From a virus (lineage: Duplodnaviria > Caudoviricetes), in IMG/VR virus record IMGVR_UViG_2923098224_000002, positions 1 through 64,000 of that record: a stretch of 64,000 nt of DNA; one strand, written 5' to 3'. The translations under genes and the position numbers were made by a program. The first letter of the stretch is position 1. Every line of letters starts with the position of its first letter. Under the pieces are notes generated by a model. That model searched no databases and was not told the origin of the DNA. It was given only the letters and a program-made list of their open reading frames with translations. Below are positions 10,199-20,188 of the stretch, piece by piece.

Positions 10199-10347
10199 TC
10201 GTAAAGGTGTCCAGTATATTTTATATTATCGCTTTAACAAAAACTACCGAAAATTATTATTGACATATCGATAATGCAATAATTATAATTGAGTTAGTTA
10301 AAAGTTGCTGATCGAATTTAAATAGATAATCAAGGAGGTAGGCTCAC

Positions 10348-11574
10348 TTGGAATACATCACAAAAATGGTGCATGATTTTATTGAAGACCACGATGACAT
10401 AAAAAAGACGGATGTTATGGAGTTTGTTGGAATGAGTGAAAGTGCATATAGGGATTTTTTCAAGAAAGGCAAAATAAGTTTCAAGAAACTTATTAAATTC
10501 GCTCAACTGATTTCAAAAGAAACAGGAAAGGGAAGTCAGGAAATTTTGTCAGAATGGTGTTTGCATATCACCCGGACAGAAACAATAAAAAATTCATTTG
10601 AATACTCCGCAATTACTACAAACGCTCCTCTTTTAAAAAGATTATTACTACTTCATCAAAATACTGACGGAGTTCTTAAACAGACGGTGGAAGTGTACCG
10701 TATTGTTTATAACTATATGGTAGGAACGTTGAGTGGTTTTAAACTGAAGGATGCAATAGGAAGACTCCACAACATAACAAGTAAACCACTTTTGATTTTA
10801 ATGAATATCATTCGACAGTATAACAACTATTTTGAAGGTGACATACAAAAAATAATAAATGAAGTCTCGGAAATCCAGAAGGATATAACAAACCTAGGGC
10901 CGCGAGAAACCTTTTATAAAGAATGCTTAACGTTCAGGGTCTGTGAATTATTGGCGCCTATTAGTTTGCAACTTAATGATGTGAAATCTGCGCGGGATTT
11001 TGCTGAATCTATTATTAATGCAAATATATCCGCGAAAAAGAAATCTGATGCATATTATGTTATAGGAATGTCGTACTTACCGGATGATAAAAATGTCTGT
11101 TTGTATAACCTCCGGAAAAGTTACGAGTTAATGCGTGAAGTAGGCGATTTACAGTACATCCAAGAGGCAAAGTTCAATTTAGATTTCGCTAAAGTCTTTC
11201 ATGGCGTTGAGCTTGATGAAGACTCTAACTTCAGACTGAGAGCATATCAGAAAGCGAGAAATGGGAAGATTTCTTTAGCGAAGTTACATACGATATTAGA
11301 GAGGGGCGATAAAGACAATTTTATAATATTTTTCGAAAACACAGCGGAAAAGTCAATAGATGTAATGTATAATTGCCTAGAGTCTTTTTTCTGTCAAGAA
11401 AACTTCTTCTTTGCTAGGTTAGTAGCGAAAGAGCTTGAGAAAGCAGGAGCTGACTCACGAGCGCTTAGACCATTCCTAAAATTCAAAAAATTAATTAAAG
11501 GAGAGGTTTTAATTGAAAAAGATATTATTAGCCATTTTAATCGTAGTGATGGCGGCAGCAGGATTTGCATTTAA
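10348..11574 (+). CDS. aimR: AimR-like arbitrium peptide receptor (HTH + TPR, RRNPP family)
   Basis: N-terminal HTH, 'ETIKNSFEYS' motif, TPR-like helices (KKSDAYYVIGMSYL); directly followed by a small secreted peptide gene. Confidence 0.8.
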   Translation: MEYITKMVHDFIEDHDDIKKTDVMEFVGMSESAYRDFFKKGKISFKKLIKFAQLISKETGKGSQEILSEWCLHITRTETIKNSFEYSAITTNAPLLKRLLLLHQNTDGVLKQTVEVYRIVYNYMVGTLSGFKLKDAIGRLHNITSKPLLILMNIIRQYNNYFEGDIQKIINEVSEIQKDITNLGPRETFYKECLTFRVCELLAPISLQLNDVKSARDFAESIINANISAKKKSDAYYVIGMSYLPDDKNVCLYNLRKSYELMREVGDLQYIQEAKFNLDFAKVFHGVELDEDSNFRLRAYQKARNGKISLAKLHTILERGDKDNFIIFFENTAEKSIDVMYNCLESFFCQENFFFARLVAKELEKAGADSRALRPFLKFKKLIKGEVLIEKDIISHFNRSDGGSRICI

Positions 11575-11644
11575 ATATGATACACAGAATCAAGCTAGTA
11601 CCGAAGGAGGATATAAGGTAGCCGACATTCGGGTTGGTGCTTAA
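11513..11644 (+). CDS. aimP: AimP-like pro-peptide MKKILLAILIVVMAAAGFAFKYDTQNQASTEGGYKVADIRVGA (predicted mature DIRVGA)
   Basis: TTG start with RBS AAAGGAGAGG, Sec signal peptide, 43 aa, C-terminal ...VGA; absent from the ORF track. Confidence 0.85.
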   Translation: MKKILLAILIVVMAAAGFAFKYDTQNQASTEGGYKVADIRVGA

Positions 11645-11654
11645 TTCTTTATTA

Positions 11655-11690
11655 ACCCCACAACGTAATGCTGTGGGGTTTTTTTGATTT
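11655..11690 (+). terminator. Terminator after aimP
   Basis: accccaca-acgtaatgc-tgtggggt then T-tract. Confidence 0.8.
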
Positions 11691-11824
11691 TCCAAGCTTC
11701 TGCGAAACACGAAAATCCGGTCGTATACGCGCTACTTATTTTTATATAAATAGGGTGTCGTTTTCAGATAATTACAGAAAATACTTGGTATTATTTACAC
11801 ATAGAGAAAAAACAAACAAAAAAA

Positions 11825-11851
11825 TGCGCGGTTGTGTTAGCAGGTGCATAT
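11825..11851 (+). promoter_or_regulatory. Copy 2 of bipartite motif TGCGCGGT-N11-GTGCATAT (candidate AimR operator or phage-sigma promoter)
   Basis: Lies between aimP terminator and the sigma-like gene. Confidence 0.7.
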
Positions 11852-11883
11852 AGTCGTATGTAAGCAAAAGGGAGGACGAAAAA

Positions 11884-12492
11884 TTGAGAAAAGAACAATT
11901 GAATAGCGAAGTGTTAAAGTACCAAGAAAGTAGAAGTGAATCTGCTTTCAGGGTGGTTTACGATTACTTCATAACAAGAAATGACCGAAAGTTCAAAACA
12001 ATCGGTAAATCAATTGGTGCAGATTATTATGAGGCAAGAGCGATTTATGAAGACACCTTACTTTCTTGTATTGAGTCATACAACGGAGAGCATGATTTTG
12101 AAAGATTATTTAATGCAAGTGTTCCGTTGCAGAGACGCTATTTTTTAAGGGGGAGGGTAAACAGAAACAAAAGAGAAATCATACCAAAAGGAGACCATAA
12201 GAATGCGGCAACATTCGATGTCCCCTGTACGGTAACCCCGGAAGAGCTTTTGACAACAAAAAAAGAAGTTGACCAGCGGCAACTGATCGACTTCCTATTA
12301 GGTACTACATCTGACGCAACGACAATACAAATCGCCGAAGCATATCTTTCGAGTGAAAAGCCAACTCCGACGGCAATCGGAAAAAAGTTGGGTCTACATC
12401 ACTCAACAGTCATACGCAAACTCGAAAAGCTCTCCCGCAATTTCGATACCAAACAGTTCGGCGATTACCGAGACTACTTGATCGCGCAATAA
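11884..12492 (+). CDS. Sigma-70-like RNA polymerase sigma factor / HTH regulator
   Basis: Region-2-like N-terminus (KYQESRSESAFRVVY...YEDTLLSCIESYN); C-terminal HTH TAIGKKLGLHHSTVIRKL. Confidence 0.65.
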   Translation: MRKEQLNSEVLKYQESRSESAFRVVYDYFITRNDRKFKTIGKSIGADYYEARAIYEDTLLSCIESYNGEHDFERLFNASVPLQRRYFLRGRVNRNKREIIPKGDHKNAATFDVPCTVTPEELLTTKKEVDQRQLIDFLLGTTSDATTIQIAEAYLSSEKPTPTAIGKKLGLHHSTVIRKLEKLSRNFDTKQFGDYRDYLIAQ

Positions 12493-12628
12493 CCCCGCAG
12501 CTAGGCCCGAAGGACTTTCGCTACGTCCTCATTGTATTGCATATTGTCAACGAATTCAAGAGAACAATTATGCGAACATGCCCTCGGCCTAGTGCGATTA
12601 TCCTTAAAATAACGGAGGCTAACGTACT

Positions 12629-12790
12629 ATGCATACATCGAATTTACCCACATTTAACGAATCTCAAACGCTTTTAGCGCTAGATGAGCGCAAACTAACC
12701 GATTTCATTTACCAAGGCGCATGGCCGCACGACGAAGATCCGGCCGACTATTTCCCGGCTACATCGATTAAGGCGGTGCGCGTCGGATGA
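12629..12790 (+). CDS. Small hypothetical protein (53 aa)
   Basis: RBS GGAGG, open frame MHTSNLPTF..., ATGA coupling to next gene. Confidence 0.55.
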   Translation: MHTSNLPTFNESQTLLALDERKLTDFIYQGAWPHDEDPADYFPATSIKAVRVG

Positions 12791-13305
12791 TTACCGCCGG
12801 TCAGGTCAAGTTTTCGCACCACGCACGCAAGCGCCTGAAGGAACGTTACAATATTACGAATTTACACGTAGCGCGTAAATGGATTGCGCAAAAGCTTCAG
12901 CACGTAAAGTATCTCGGGATCACCGTAGATTCTAACGGTAAGGAAGCGCGAATGTACGGCGGAAAAGGAGTCATTATACTCTTCGCGCTGAATAGCGATC
13001 ATGTACTGACCGTTCATCCTCCCGAAAAGAATACGGCGATCCGATTTATCAACGAAGCGTATTACACGATGAAACAAAGCGTAGAGGCTGCGGTTCAGAA
13101 TAACGAAAATTATGCCGCGGAACTTCACGAAGAAATAGCGCATCTGACGGCCGAGCTTAAACGAACGCGATCAAAAGCGAAGAAGATGGCGTACCAGGCG
13201 CGAATCAATGCGGTTCAGATGCGGATTGACGAATTACCCGCCGAATCCTTCGAATTAAAACGCAGGCTCACAAAAGCGGCGAAAGGAGTTGCGGCGTATG
13301 TCTGA
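12787..13305 (+). CDS. Hypothetical protein (N-terminal FSHHARKRLKER motif, C-terminal coiled coil)
   Basis: ORF; DUF4258/RelE-like N-terminal motif by eye. Confidence 0.55.
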   Translation: MITAGQVKFSHHARKRLKERYNITNLHVARKWIAQKLQHVKYLGITVDSNGKEARMYGGKGVIILFALNSDHVLTVHPPEKNTAIRFINEAYYTMKQSVEAAVQNNENYAAELHEEIAHLTAELKRTRSKAKKMAYQARINAVQMRIDELPAESFELKRRLTKAAKGVAAYV

Positions 13306-13393
13306 TCTTTCGTGGGTGGGACCGATTGCCGCCGTCATCATCGTATTAATACTGTTCGGCATGTGGACGCAAAGTGGCGAAGACGACGCATGA
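13298..13393 (+). CDS. Small single-TM protein (31 aa)
   Basis: RBS AAAGGAG; MSDLSWVGPIAAVIIVLILFGMW... Confidence 0.5.
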   Translation: MSDLSWVGPIAAVIIVLILFGMWTQSGEDDA

Positions 13394-13542
13394 TAGGCGC
13401 GTCGCGTCCTCGGAGAATGTCGGGGCGGCCGTTAGGTAATCCGTGTCGCGTCGCTACTGCCAAGCGCTGGCGGCGTTTCGGGCGCAGATACCGGCATTTT
13501 GCGAGGGCGAAAAGCCTTAATAAAAACGTAGGGGGAAAACGA

Positions 13543-14298
13543 ATGAGCATTCGAGATATCTTAAAGAAACGTGAAGAGGAACGGGATAAAGCGTCAAGTG
13601 GCGAAAGTGAATTCCCGGAAGGTGTTACGCGATATGTTCGCGTTGGAAGCTATGGAGAAATCAACAAAGACGGACGCAACTTAGTCATTCTCGCGCAGCC
13701 TGACGATTGGTACATCTACTTTGTTCACGAAAATAAAGAATACACGGGGAAAGGTTATGATCACAAATTCCGCAAACACACATGCCTGCACTCTCCACAC
13801 GATAAAGTAGGTACGGAAGAATTACAGCAGTATTTCCGTCCAGGTAAGGCTGAATGCATTTCGTGCAAAGCCGGTGCGCAACGTAAGATGTTTTTTATGA
13901 TTCCGGTCTACGATCCGAAATATAAAACCTATCGCGTAATTGATATCGCTGAGTTCCACGCGAACAATTTAATCGACGACTATGACAAGGCCGAGAAACC
14001 TGCGAAGAAGATCCTTCCGGATTACACACTCGTAGGTCAGGCGGTTCACTTTAAACAGGCAGATAAAACGTACTCGTTGGAAACGGGTGATCTCCCTGAC
14101 GAAGTCATTGAAGAAGCAAAAGCATTTATCGGCATCGATTACAAGTACGAAGAGCTCGCAAACTTTCGTGAAGAAAGCGACATTGTTAAGCTGCTACACG
14201 AAGCGAAAGACGGTGTTAAGAAATCTGTATTGCCTCCGTTAGAGGGCGGCAGTGCGACAGACTCTAATGAACCTACTTCCGAAGAATTACCGTTCTAA
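13543..14298 (+). CDS. Single-stranded DNA-binding protein (gp32-like, Zn-binding)
   Basis: HTCLH...CISC motif; acidic tail ending EELPF; RBS GGGGG before ATG 13543. Confidence 0.7.
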   Translation: MSIRDILKKREEERDKASSGESEFPEGVTRYVRVGSYGEINKDGRNLVILAQPDDWYIYFVHENKEYTGKGYDHKFRKHTCLHSPHDKVGTEELQQYFRPGKAECISCKAGAQRKMFFMIPVYDPKYKTYRVIDIAEFHANNLIDDYDKAEKPAKKILPDYTLVGQAVHFKQADKTYSLETGDLPDEVIEEAKAFIGIDYKYEELANFREESDIVKLLHEAKDGVKKSVLPPLEGGSATDSNEPTSEELPF

Positions 14299-14332
14299 TC
14301 ACGTACCAACCAAACGAAAAGGAGGCGCTTAT

Positions 14333-14767
14333 ATGGCGCATAAAGCAGAAGATACCGGCAAGTATTCGGAACTGATCGCACGTGCTGCGCTGCTGGCTAG
14401 CGGCTGGCAGGCGGTCAGTACGTCCGAAACGGAAGAAGCGTTCGATATTAGCGCAAAGTGTCCGTTGAGTGGCGAGTGGAAAACGTTTCAGGTGAAGACG
14501 ATTTATGATCGAAAGAAGCGCGGCAGCCTCATCGTTCAGGCGCGGAAAAGCGACCGGACACCGTATAAGCTCGATGAAGTCGATTACTTTATCGGCGTGC
14601 TTATCGGCCGTGGTCCGGTACCTACCGTGTGGATGTTCGAGAATCGCGAGCTTACCGAGTATTGGGGGCCGCAGTCGAAGGACGGCAAGCGGTGGGTACG
14701 GATGGATTTGAACTTTCGACGTGAAGACGTAGATCTTACGAAAATTAACGAATCGGAGGCGGTATAA
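14333..14767 (+). CDS. PD-(D/E)XK endonuclease
   Basis: GKYSELIA...FDI...FQVKT...YKLDEVDYF pattern. Confidence 0.7.
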   Translation: MAHKAEDTGKYSELIARAALLASGWQAVSTSETEEAFDISAKCPLSGEWKTFQVKTIYDRKKRGSLIVQARKSDRTPYKLDEVDYFIGVLIGRGPVPTVWMFENRELTEYWGPQSKDGKRWVRMDLNFRREDVDLTKINESEAV

Positions 14768-16030
14768 ATGGCGAAATTAAACGGCGTTAAGACACTCGAT
14801 ATGGTGAACGGTGAAATTACGAAGGTTGCGTATGGCGGCGCGGAATATGTGAAGGCGGAAGGTTTACCGAAGATGGGCGATTTGGTACTGGCCGACAAAG
14901 GCGGTTACGACATTACCTATGGCGCTTTCTACAAAATTACGGAGGATGCCGACCATGCGGACGACGTTAGATTCTTGGACGACGTGGATGATGAGCGGGT
15001 TAGAGATGACGACGATTACGTACTCTTCTGCAAAGTATCCGCTAGCACCGATCCGTCCTTAGAAGAACGCGTCAGCTCCGCGGAAGGCGAAATCGAATCG
15101 TTAAAATCCGACGTGGCTAAGTTGAAGGGTGAAGCGGGGTACGTACGGATTGACGCAGATGAGGCGAATGTGGGCGATTACGTTAAGTTCGATGATCCTC
15201 CGGACTACTTAACCGATGAGGAATATTACGAAATTGTTCGATTCGATAGTTATAGAGATCCTTGGATCACTGACGATGATGGAGACGAGTATGACGCTAG
15301 TAACCGTGACTTCGTATTCTACCGCAAAGTAAGCGCCGTAACCGCAGAAGCTGAGCCGAAGCCTGAGCGCCTGAAGGTCGGTGATTATGCGAAGGTGGTC
15401 CGTGAGGAATTCGGCCACCTGTTTGATACCGATGACATAATCGAGTTAATTGAGGCGGGAAACAACCCGAATTTTGAAGCGCGACGTCTCTTAGACGGAG
15501 AAGTTTGGTACGTCGCTGCATCGGAAGTTGTACGCGCCACTGACGAAGAAGTTGCCGAAGCTAAAGACGCAGCAGCACGCGCTAAATTCAAAAGAGGCGC
15601 TAAAGTGCGGTTGCTTTCAGGCGGCGGACCGTACCCTTTACGCGGGTTTGAGAACGGTAAGATTTACGAGGTTGGATATAATAACTTCGATCATCCTGAG
15701 GGTAAACGTATTCGAATCGTGGGCGATGCCGAGCGCTTCGGCTATGCAACGCCGGATCAGCTCGAAATTTTATCCGAAGAGGAAGTCGCCGAGATCGAAC
15801 GCCAGCAAGTCGAAGAAGCGAAGTGGGCGAAGATCGGACGCAAGGTTGGCGAGTATAAGAAAGGTGATATCGCGAGAGTAGTAGACAATCAGTGTGCTGG
15901 ACGTGTGGCAAACGGGGATATTATCGAAGTCCTCAAACAAGCATCTGGTGGGTCCATCGTGGATACAGTGCATGGATATTTTCTTAAAGTCGAACTCATT
16001 ACGCCAGTCGAGGCGCGCTTTGACCGCTAA
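14768..16030 (+). CDS. Multi-module phage protein with repeated KVGD-type SH3-like domains
   Basis: KMGDLV, NVGDYV, KVGDYA, KRGAKV, KKGDIA repeats. Confidence 0.65.
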   Translation: MAKLNGVKTLDMVNGEITKVAYGGAEYVKAEGLPKMGDLVLADKGGYDITYGAFYKITEDADHADDVRFLDDVDDERVRDDDDYVLFCKVSASTDPSLEERVSSAEGEIESLKSDVAKLKGEAGYVRIDADEANVGDYVKFDDPPDYLTDEEYYEIVRFDSYRDPWITDDDGDEYDASNRDFVFYRKVSAVTAEAEPKPERLKVGDYAKVVREEFGHLFDTDDIIELIEAGNNPNFEARRLLDGEVWYVAASEVVRATDEEVAEAKDAAARAKFKRGAKVRLLSGGGPYPLRGFENGKIYEVGYNNFDHPEGKRIRIVGDAERFGYATPDQLEILSEEEVAEIERQQVEEAKWAKIGRKVGEYKKGDIARVVDNQCAGRVANGDIIEVLKQASGGSIVDTVHGYFLKVELITPVEARFDR

Positions 16031-16394
16031 GCCGGCCTCCGTCTGCGCCGCATGTAACGCTAACCTTTACGAAGGGCGATCCGCAATTTACGATTCGCTC
16101 TTCGAGGTTTATGCGTGCGGGCCGTCTTGCTGGTCGGAGTGGTATGCGGAGAACGAAGCGGAATATAAACGAAGATGGACGGGGGCGGTCGATTTATGAA
16201 TCGGAAAAAAGAACGCGCGCTATCTTATGCGCTCGGGATATCAGTCGCATTCTCAGCGGGTCATGGCGCAAATGAATCGCCTTGGGCAACGTTGCCTATC
16301 GCGGCTATCGCTGTCATTGCGTTCGGTATTATGACCGTAGCAGATACAATCGAAAAGTAACCCGCAATTACTTCGCGAGGAAGGAGGACGACGG

Positions 16395-18680
16395 ATGGAA
16401 GGCTTACGGTTAAACTTGAACGCGCTGAAGCCGGCGGCGCCGAAATCGGACGCAGTAGAGGAGACGGCCAAGCGGAAGGCGAAAGCCAAGACCGCCGAGC
16501 CGATCGAGGAAAGCTGGCGCAAGATATTCGCGATGAAGCTATCGGATGCCGATCGCAAAAGGGTAACGGAAGTCAAGGCGGCCATGGATGCGGGCAAACT
16601 AGCGCGCGATCCGGCTGACTGCGTGAACAAGGCCGGCAACCCTAAAGCGTTCAGCAAGGCGGAGGCACTCCGGCTATGGAAGACGCTTCAGGAATCCCAG
16701 CGCGAAGAAACCTTGCGGCAGATGGTCGAGAATACGCCGGATAATTACGAATTAATTACGACTGAAGAACGATTTCAGGCGCTAATCAAGGCGTTAAATA
16801 ACGAAACAATAATCGCAGTTGATACCGAGACGACGGGCGTAGATGTCTATACGGACGTAATCGTGGGGCTTTCGCTGACGTTGCCAAACGCTGACTGGCA
16901 CGTTTATATACCGGTGGATCACGTTGATTGCGAGCAGTTAAGTCGCGAATATGTACTCGAAGGTCTGGCGCCTGTATTTAACGATGAATCAATCGGCAAG
17001 GTTTTACACAACGCGATATTCGATATTGCGATGCTTCGGCGGCATGGGTTCGATTTGAAAGGCGTCGCTTGGGATACGATGACCGCGATGCACCTTCTGA
17101 ACGAAAACGAGAGTGATCGAACATTAGGCGGAGCCGGTTCGTTTAAGCTCAAAGACTTAGCGCCTAAATACTTAAAAACACCGGCAGACACTTTCGATGC
17201 TCTGTTCGGCAGGAATGCGCAATTTAAAGAAGTTCCGTTAGACCTAGCGCTAGTTTACGCAGCGAAGGATACGGAATTAACGTGGAAGCTGTACGAATTT
17301 CAGCGTTATCACATGGCGAAAATACCGACGGTTTTGGAATATTATCAAACCGTTGAAGTTCCGTTATTGTATGTAATCGTCGATTTAGAAGCCAACGGAT
17401 ATATTCTTGACTTGGATTTCGCGAAAGAATACGGAGAAAAGCTGCATAAGCGTGCGGAGGAGTTGCGAAAGGAATTAGTTGTGGAGTTGACGCCATTCCA
17501 TGAAGGAGACGAACCGATAAATCTAAACTCGACTCATCAGATGCGGCCCGCACTTTCAAAGGCAATCGGCAAGGAGCTCCCGAATATGGACGCTAAGAAA
17601 ACGCTCAAGCCGTTGAAAGACGACTACGATGTCATTGCGAAACTCCTAGAGTACAAGAATATCGTTAAGTTGAGTGGTACGTATATCGACACGCTGCCGA
17701 CAAAGCAAAACCCAACAACTGAGCGTTGGCATTCGCGATTCAATCCGATGGGAACCGTGACGGGCCGATTCAGCTCCGGAAAGGACGAAGAGGATAAAAC
17801 GCAGCAAGGGTTTAACGTGCAGAATCAGCCACCGGAAGCACGTCCGATGTTCGGTCCTCCTCCCGGAAAGCTGCTAGTAGGCGCCGACTTTAAAGCGCAG
17901 GAAATCAGGTGTGTGGCGCACCTGTCGGGCGAACCAGTACTGATTAATGCGTTTTTAGAAGAACGTGATCCATACGCAACGATGGCATCGAACTTCTACA
18001 AACGACCGTACGAGGAAGTTTATAAGAATGCTGATGGTTCCGACACAAAAGAGCGAAAGAAAATGAAGGTCGCATGGTTAGCTACATTATACGGAATGAG
18101 TGATTATTCTCTAGCGGATATGCTAGGCGTAGGTAAGAAAGAGGCGACCGAGTTTAAAGAAGAGTTGTTCGGAAGTATGCCGAAGCTGTCGGCGTGGTTA
18201 AAAGAGAACGAAGAATTTGTGCGAAAAAACGGATACGTTTGGGCTGATCTGAATGCGCGAAAACGCCGGCTGCCAGACGCTAAACTACCCCGCAAAAACA
18301 TTCCGTACGGAAAATGGAATGATCCAAAATACGATGACGTAAGAAAACACAACTCGCGAATTAATCGCGCTTTGCGTCAAGCGACAAATGCTCGCGTACA
18401 AGGGTCGTCGTCTATTCAAACGAAAGTCACGATGATTAAAGCGCACGAATATTGCGCTAACAAACCGGGCTGGGCGTTGTGGTCAACGGTGCATGACGAA
18501 CTCATTTTTGAAGTTCCGGAGGAGTTTACGTGGGAAGAAGCGCAAGAAATTCGCGATATCATGCTTAATTCTTACCGTTGGGGAGACGTTGTGCCGAACG
18601 GAACGGATATCGAAGTGATGCGCAAATGGGGCGAAGGTGTGCCCGTAGAAGAATGGTTCAAAAAAGAGGAGGCGGTTTAA
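16395..18680 (+). CDS. polA: Family A DNA polymerase with 3'-5' exonuclease
   Basis: DTETTG, HNAIFD, YAAKD exonuclease motifs; TVTGRFSS, ADFKAQEIR, VHDEL polymerase motifs. Confidence 0.95.
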   Translation: MEGLRLNLNALKPAAPKSDAVEETAKRKAKAKTAEPIEESWRKIFAMKLSDADRKRVTEVKAAMDAGKLARDPADCVNKAGNPKAFSKAEALRLWKTLQESQREETLRQMVENTPDNYELITTEERFQALIKALNNETIIAVDTETTGVDVYTDVIVGLSLTLPNADWHVYIPVDHVDCEQLSREYVLEGLAPVFNDESIGKVLHNAIFDIAMLRRHGFDLKGVAWDTMTAMHLLNENESDRTLGGAGSFKLKDLAPKYLKTPADTFDALFGRNAQFKEVPLDLALVYAAKDTELTWKLYEFQRYHMAKIPTVLEYYQTVEVPLLYVIVDLEANGYILDLDFAKEYGEKLHKRAEELRKELVVELTPFHEGDEPINLNSTHQMRPALSKAIGKELPNMDAKKTLKPLKDDYDVIAKLLEYKNIVKLSGTYIDTLPTKQNPTTERWHSRFNPMGTVTGRFSSGKDEEDKTQQGFNVQNQPPEARPMFGPPPGKLLVGADFKAQEIRCVAHLSGEPVLINAFLEERDPYATMASNFYKRPYEEVYKNADGSDTKERKKMKVAWLATLYGMSDYSLADMLGVGKKEATEFKEELFGSMPKLSAWLKENEEFVRKNGYVWADLNARKRRLPDAKLPRKNIPYGKWNDPKYDDVRKHNSRINRALRQATNARVQGSSSIQTKVTMIKAHEYCANKPGWALWSTVHDELIFEVPEEFTWEEAQEIRDIMLNSYRWGDVVPNGTDIEVMRKWGEGVPVEEWFKKEEAV

Positions 18681-18977
18681 TTGGTTAAATTGACGATTGA
18701 ACAACTGGAAGATATGACGTTTGAAGGCGGAATTGATATCGGAGATGTGACCTATACAGTCGTAGAGGAAAGCGAATGGGAGCACGGACACAAGCACCAA
18801 AGCAAAACCGTTATTTTCACTGACGGAAATAAGCATTATCGCGGAGAACTTGGCAGATCCGGATCTGAATGGACCGATTGGACGTATGACAGCGAAATTT
18901 ACGGAGCCGACGATCTGGCCGAAATTACCGAAGTAGAAAAACGCGAAGTCGTAGTAACGAAGTGGGTGGCAGTTTGA
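18681..18977 (+). CDS. Acidic hypothetical phage protein
   Basis: RBS GAGGAGG, TTG start. Confidence 0.6.
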   Translation: MVKLTIEQLEDMTFEGGIDIGDVTYTVVEESEWEHGHKHQSKTVIFTDGNKHYRGELGRSGSEWTDWTYDSEIYGADDLAEITEVEKREVVVTKWVAV

Positions 18978-20035
18978 CGAACGCAAATGCACGATCAGCC
19001 GCAAACTCACTGCGCGCCCAATTAGCGCCGTCGCCGCCCGAACCGACCGGCTATGCACAGCAGATTGCGGATGAACTCATCGAATATCTAAACGAATGGC
19101 ACTCGCTTCCGGAAACGTGGGATAACGCACTGGACGCTCAGATACACCGATGGTACGCAGACGCTCCGAAAGTATTTCCGAAGAAGCCGTATTTCTCGCC
19201 GTCATCTGCGAATGCCTGCCCGCGTGAACTTTATCATAAGGCGCTTGGCGATCCGCGAGACATAACGCGAAAGCCTCCGTATCAAGGGCGCTGGACCCGC
19301 ATCGGAACGGCGATTGGCGATATGATCCAGCGTGATTTGCTCTTTATGGAAAAACACTTCGAAAAGAAAACCGGCCGGCCCTGCCCGTTCAGCTTCGAAC
19401 GCAACGAAGACGGTACGCCGGTGTTCGAGGACTTCGCCAAGCGGAACCATAAGATCGAGCACGCCGGCAAGACGTTTCATCTGTATGGAACATGCGACGG
19501 CATCATGCGCTATGTCACCGAGGATGGCGAAGTATTGCGCGTAGGCCTCGAAATCAAATCGAAGCAAACGAGCGCAGCCCGTACGTCTTTCTATTCGCTG
19601 AAGAAGCCGGATGAAAAGCACATTAAGCAGTGCGTCGCTTATGCGGAGATGTATGGCGTCGACTTATACGTAATCCTCTACGTAAACGCATCGAAGAAGG
19701 CGTGGGAGTACGAAGAAGGCGAATTCGAAAAGTCGCCGGACATCCGGGCGTTCGGCCTCGAAATCGGACGCGAAGATATCGACGTGCTGCTCGATAGATT
19801 CGTAGAAATCCAGAATTCGATTGACGACGGTAAGCCGATGGCGGTCGACCTTAACGGCTGGACATTCAACGGATACAAAACGGCTATTGCGCAGTCACTT
19901 ACGGCGGCCGAACTGGAATCCATTCGTGAAAAGGTCTCGCGAGTCAAGCGATCAAACGTCTTTGATTCTACGAAAAGGCAGTACGCCGGGGCGCTAGAGT
20001 TTATCGAAAAAGTACGCAAAGGGGAGGCGGTTTGA
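18962..20035 (+). CDS. Cas4/RecB-like PD-(D/E)XK exonuclease
   Basis: FSPSSANACPREL, GTCDGI, LEIKS, QCVAY motifs. Confidence 0.75.
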   Translation: MGGSLTNANARSAANSLRAQLAPSPPEPTGYAQQIADELIEYLNEWHSLPETWDNALDAQIHRWYADAPKVFPKKPYFSPSSANACPRELYHKALGDPRDITRKPPYQGRWTRIGTAIGDMIQRDLLFMEKHFEKKTGRPCPFSFERNEDGTPVFEDFAKRNHKIEHAGKTFHLYGTCDGIMRYVTEDGEVLRVGLEIKSKQTSAARTSFYSLKKPDEKHIKQCVAYAEMYGVDLYVILYVNASKKAWEYEEGEFEKSPDIRAFGLEIGREDIDVLLDRFVEIQNSIDDGKPMAVDLNGWTFNGYKTAIAQSLTAAELESIREKVSRVKRSNVFDSTKRQYAGALEFIEKVRKGEAV

Positions 20036-20188
20036 TGGCGAGGTTTATTCTTTATACGCTAATTGCGATACTGCTTTCTACTATCATTACCTTTTTGATA
20101 TCGCTAATTAATCCGGAAGCGGGCGACGCACTATCGGTACCTGTCTCCCTTATTTTAGGGCTCATCGCAGGGTGGAAGGCGGTATTAG

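Noticed and set aside
10348-11644. Rap-Phr phosphatase cassette instead of arbitrium
   Set aside because: The receptor has an N-terminal HTH-like region and AimR-like motifs rather than a Rap three-helix bundle; not fully excluded without an HMM search.
13312-13542. Arg-rich N-terminal extension of SSB (and similar extensions at 25585-25806 for dUTPase and 35284-35391)
   Set aside because: Longest-ORF artefacts; RBS-supported starts lie downstream.
18962-20035. Cas4 as evidence of a CRISPR system
   Set aside because: No repeat-spacer array or other cas genes were seen; Cas4-like nucleases are common in phage replication modules.
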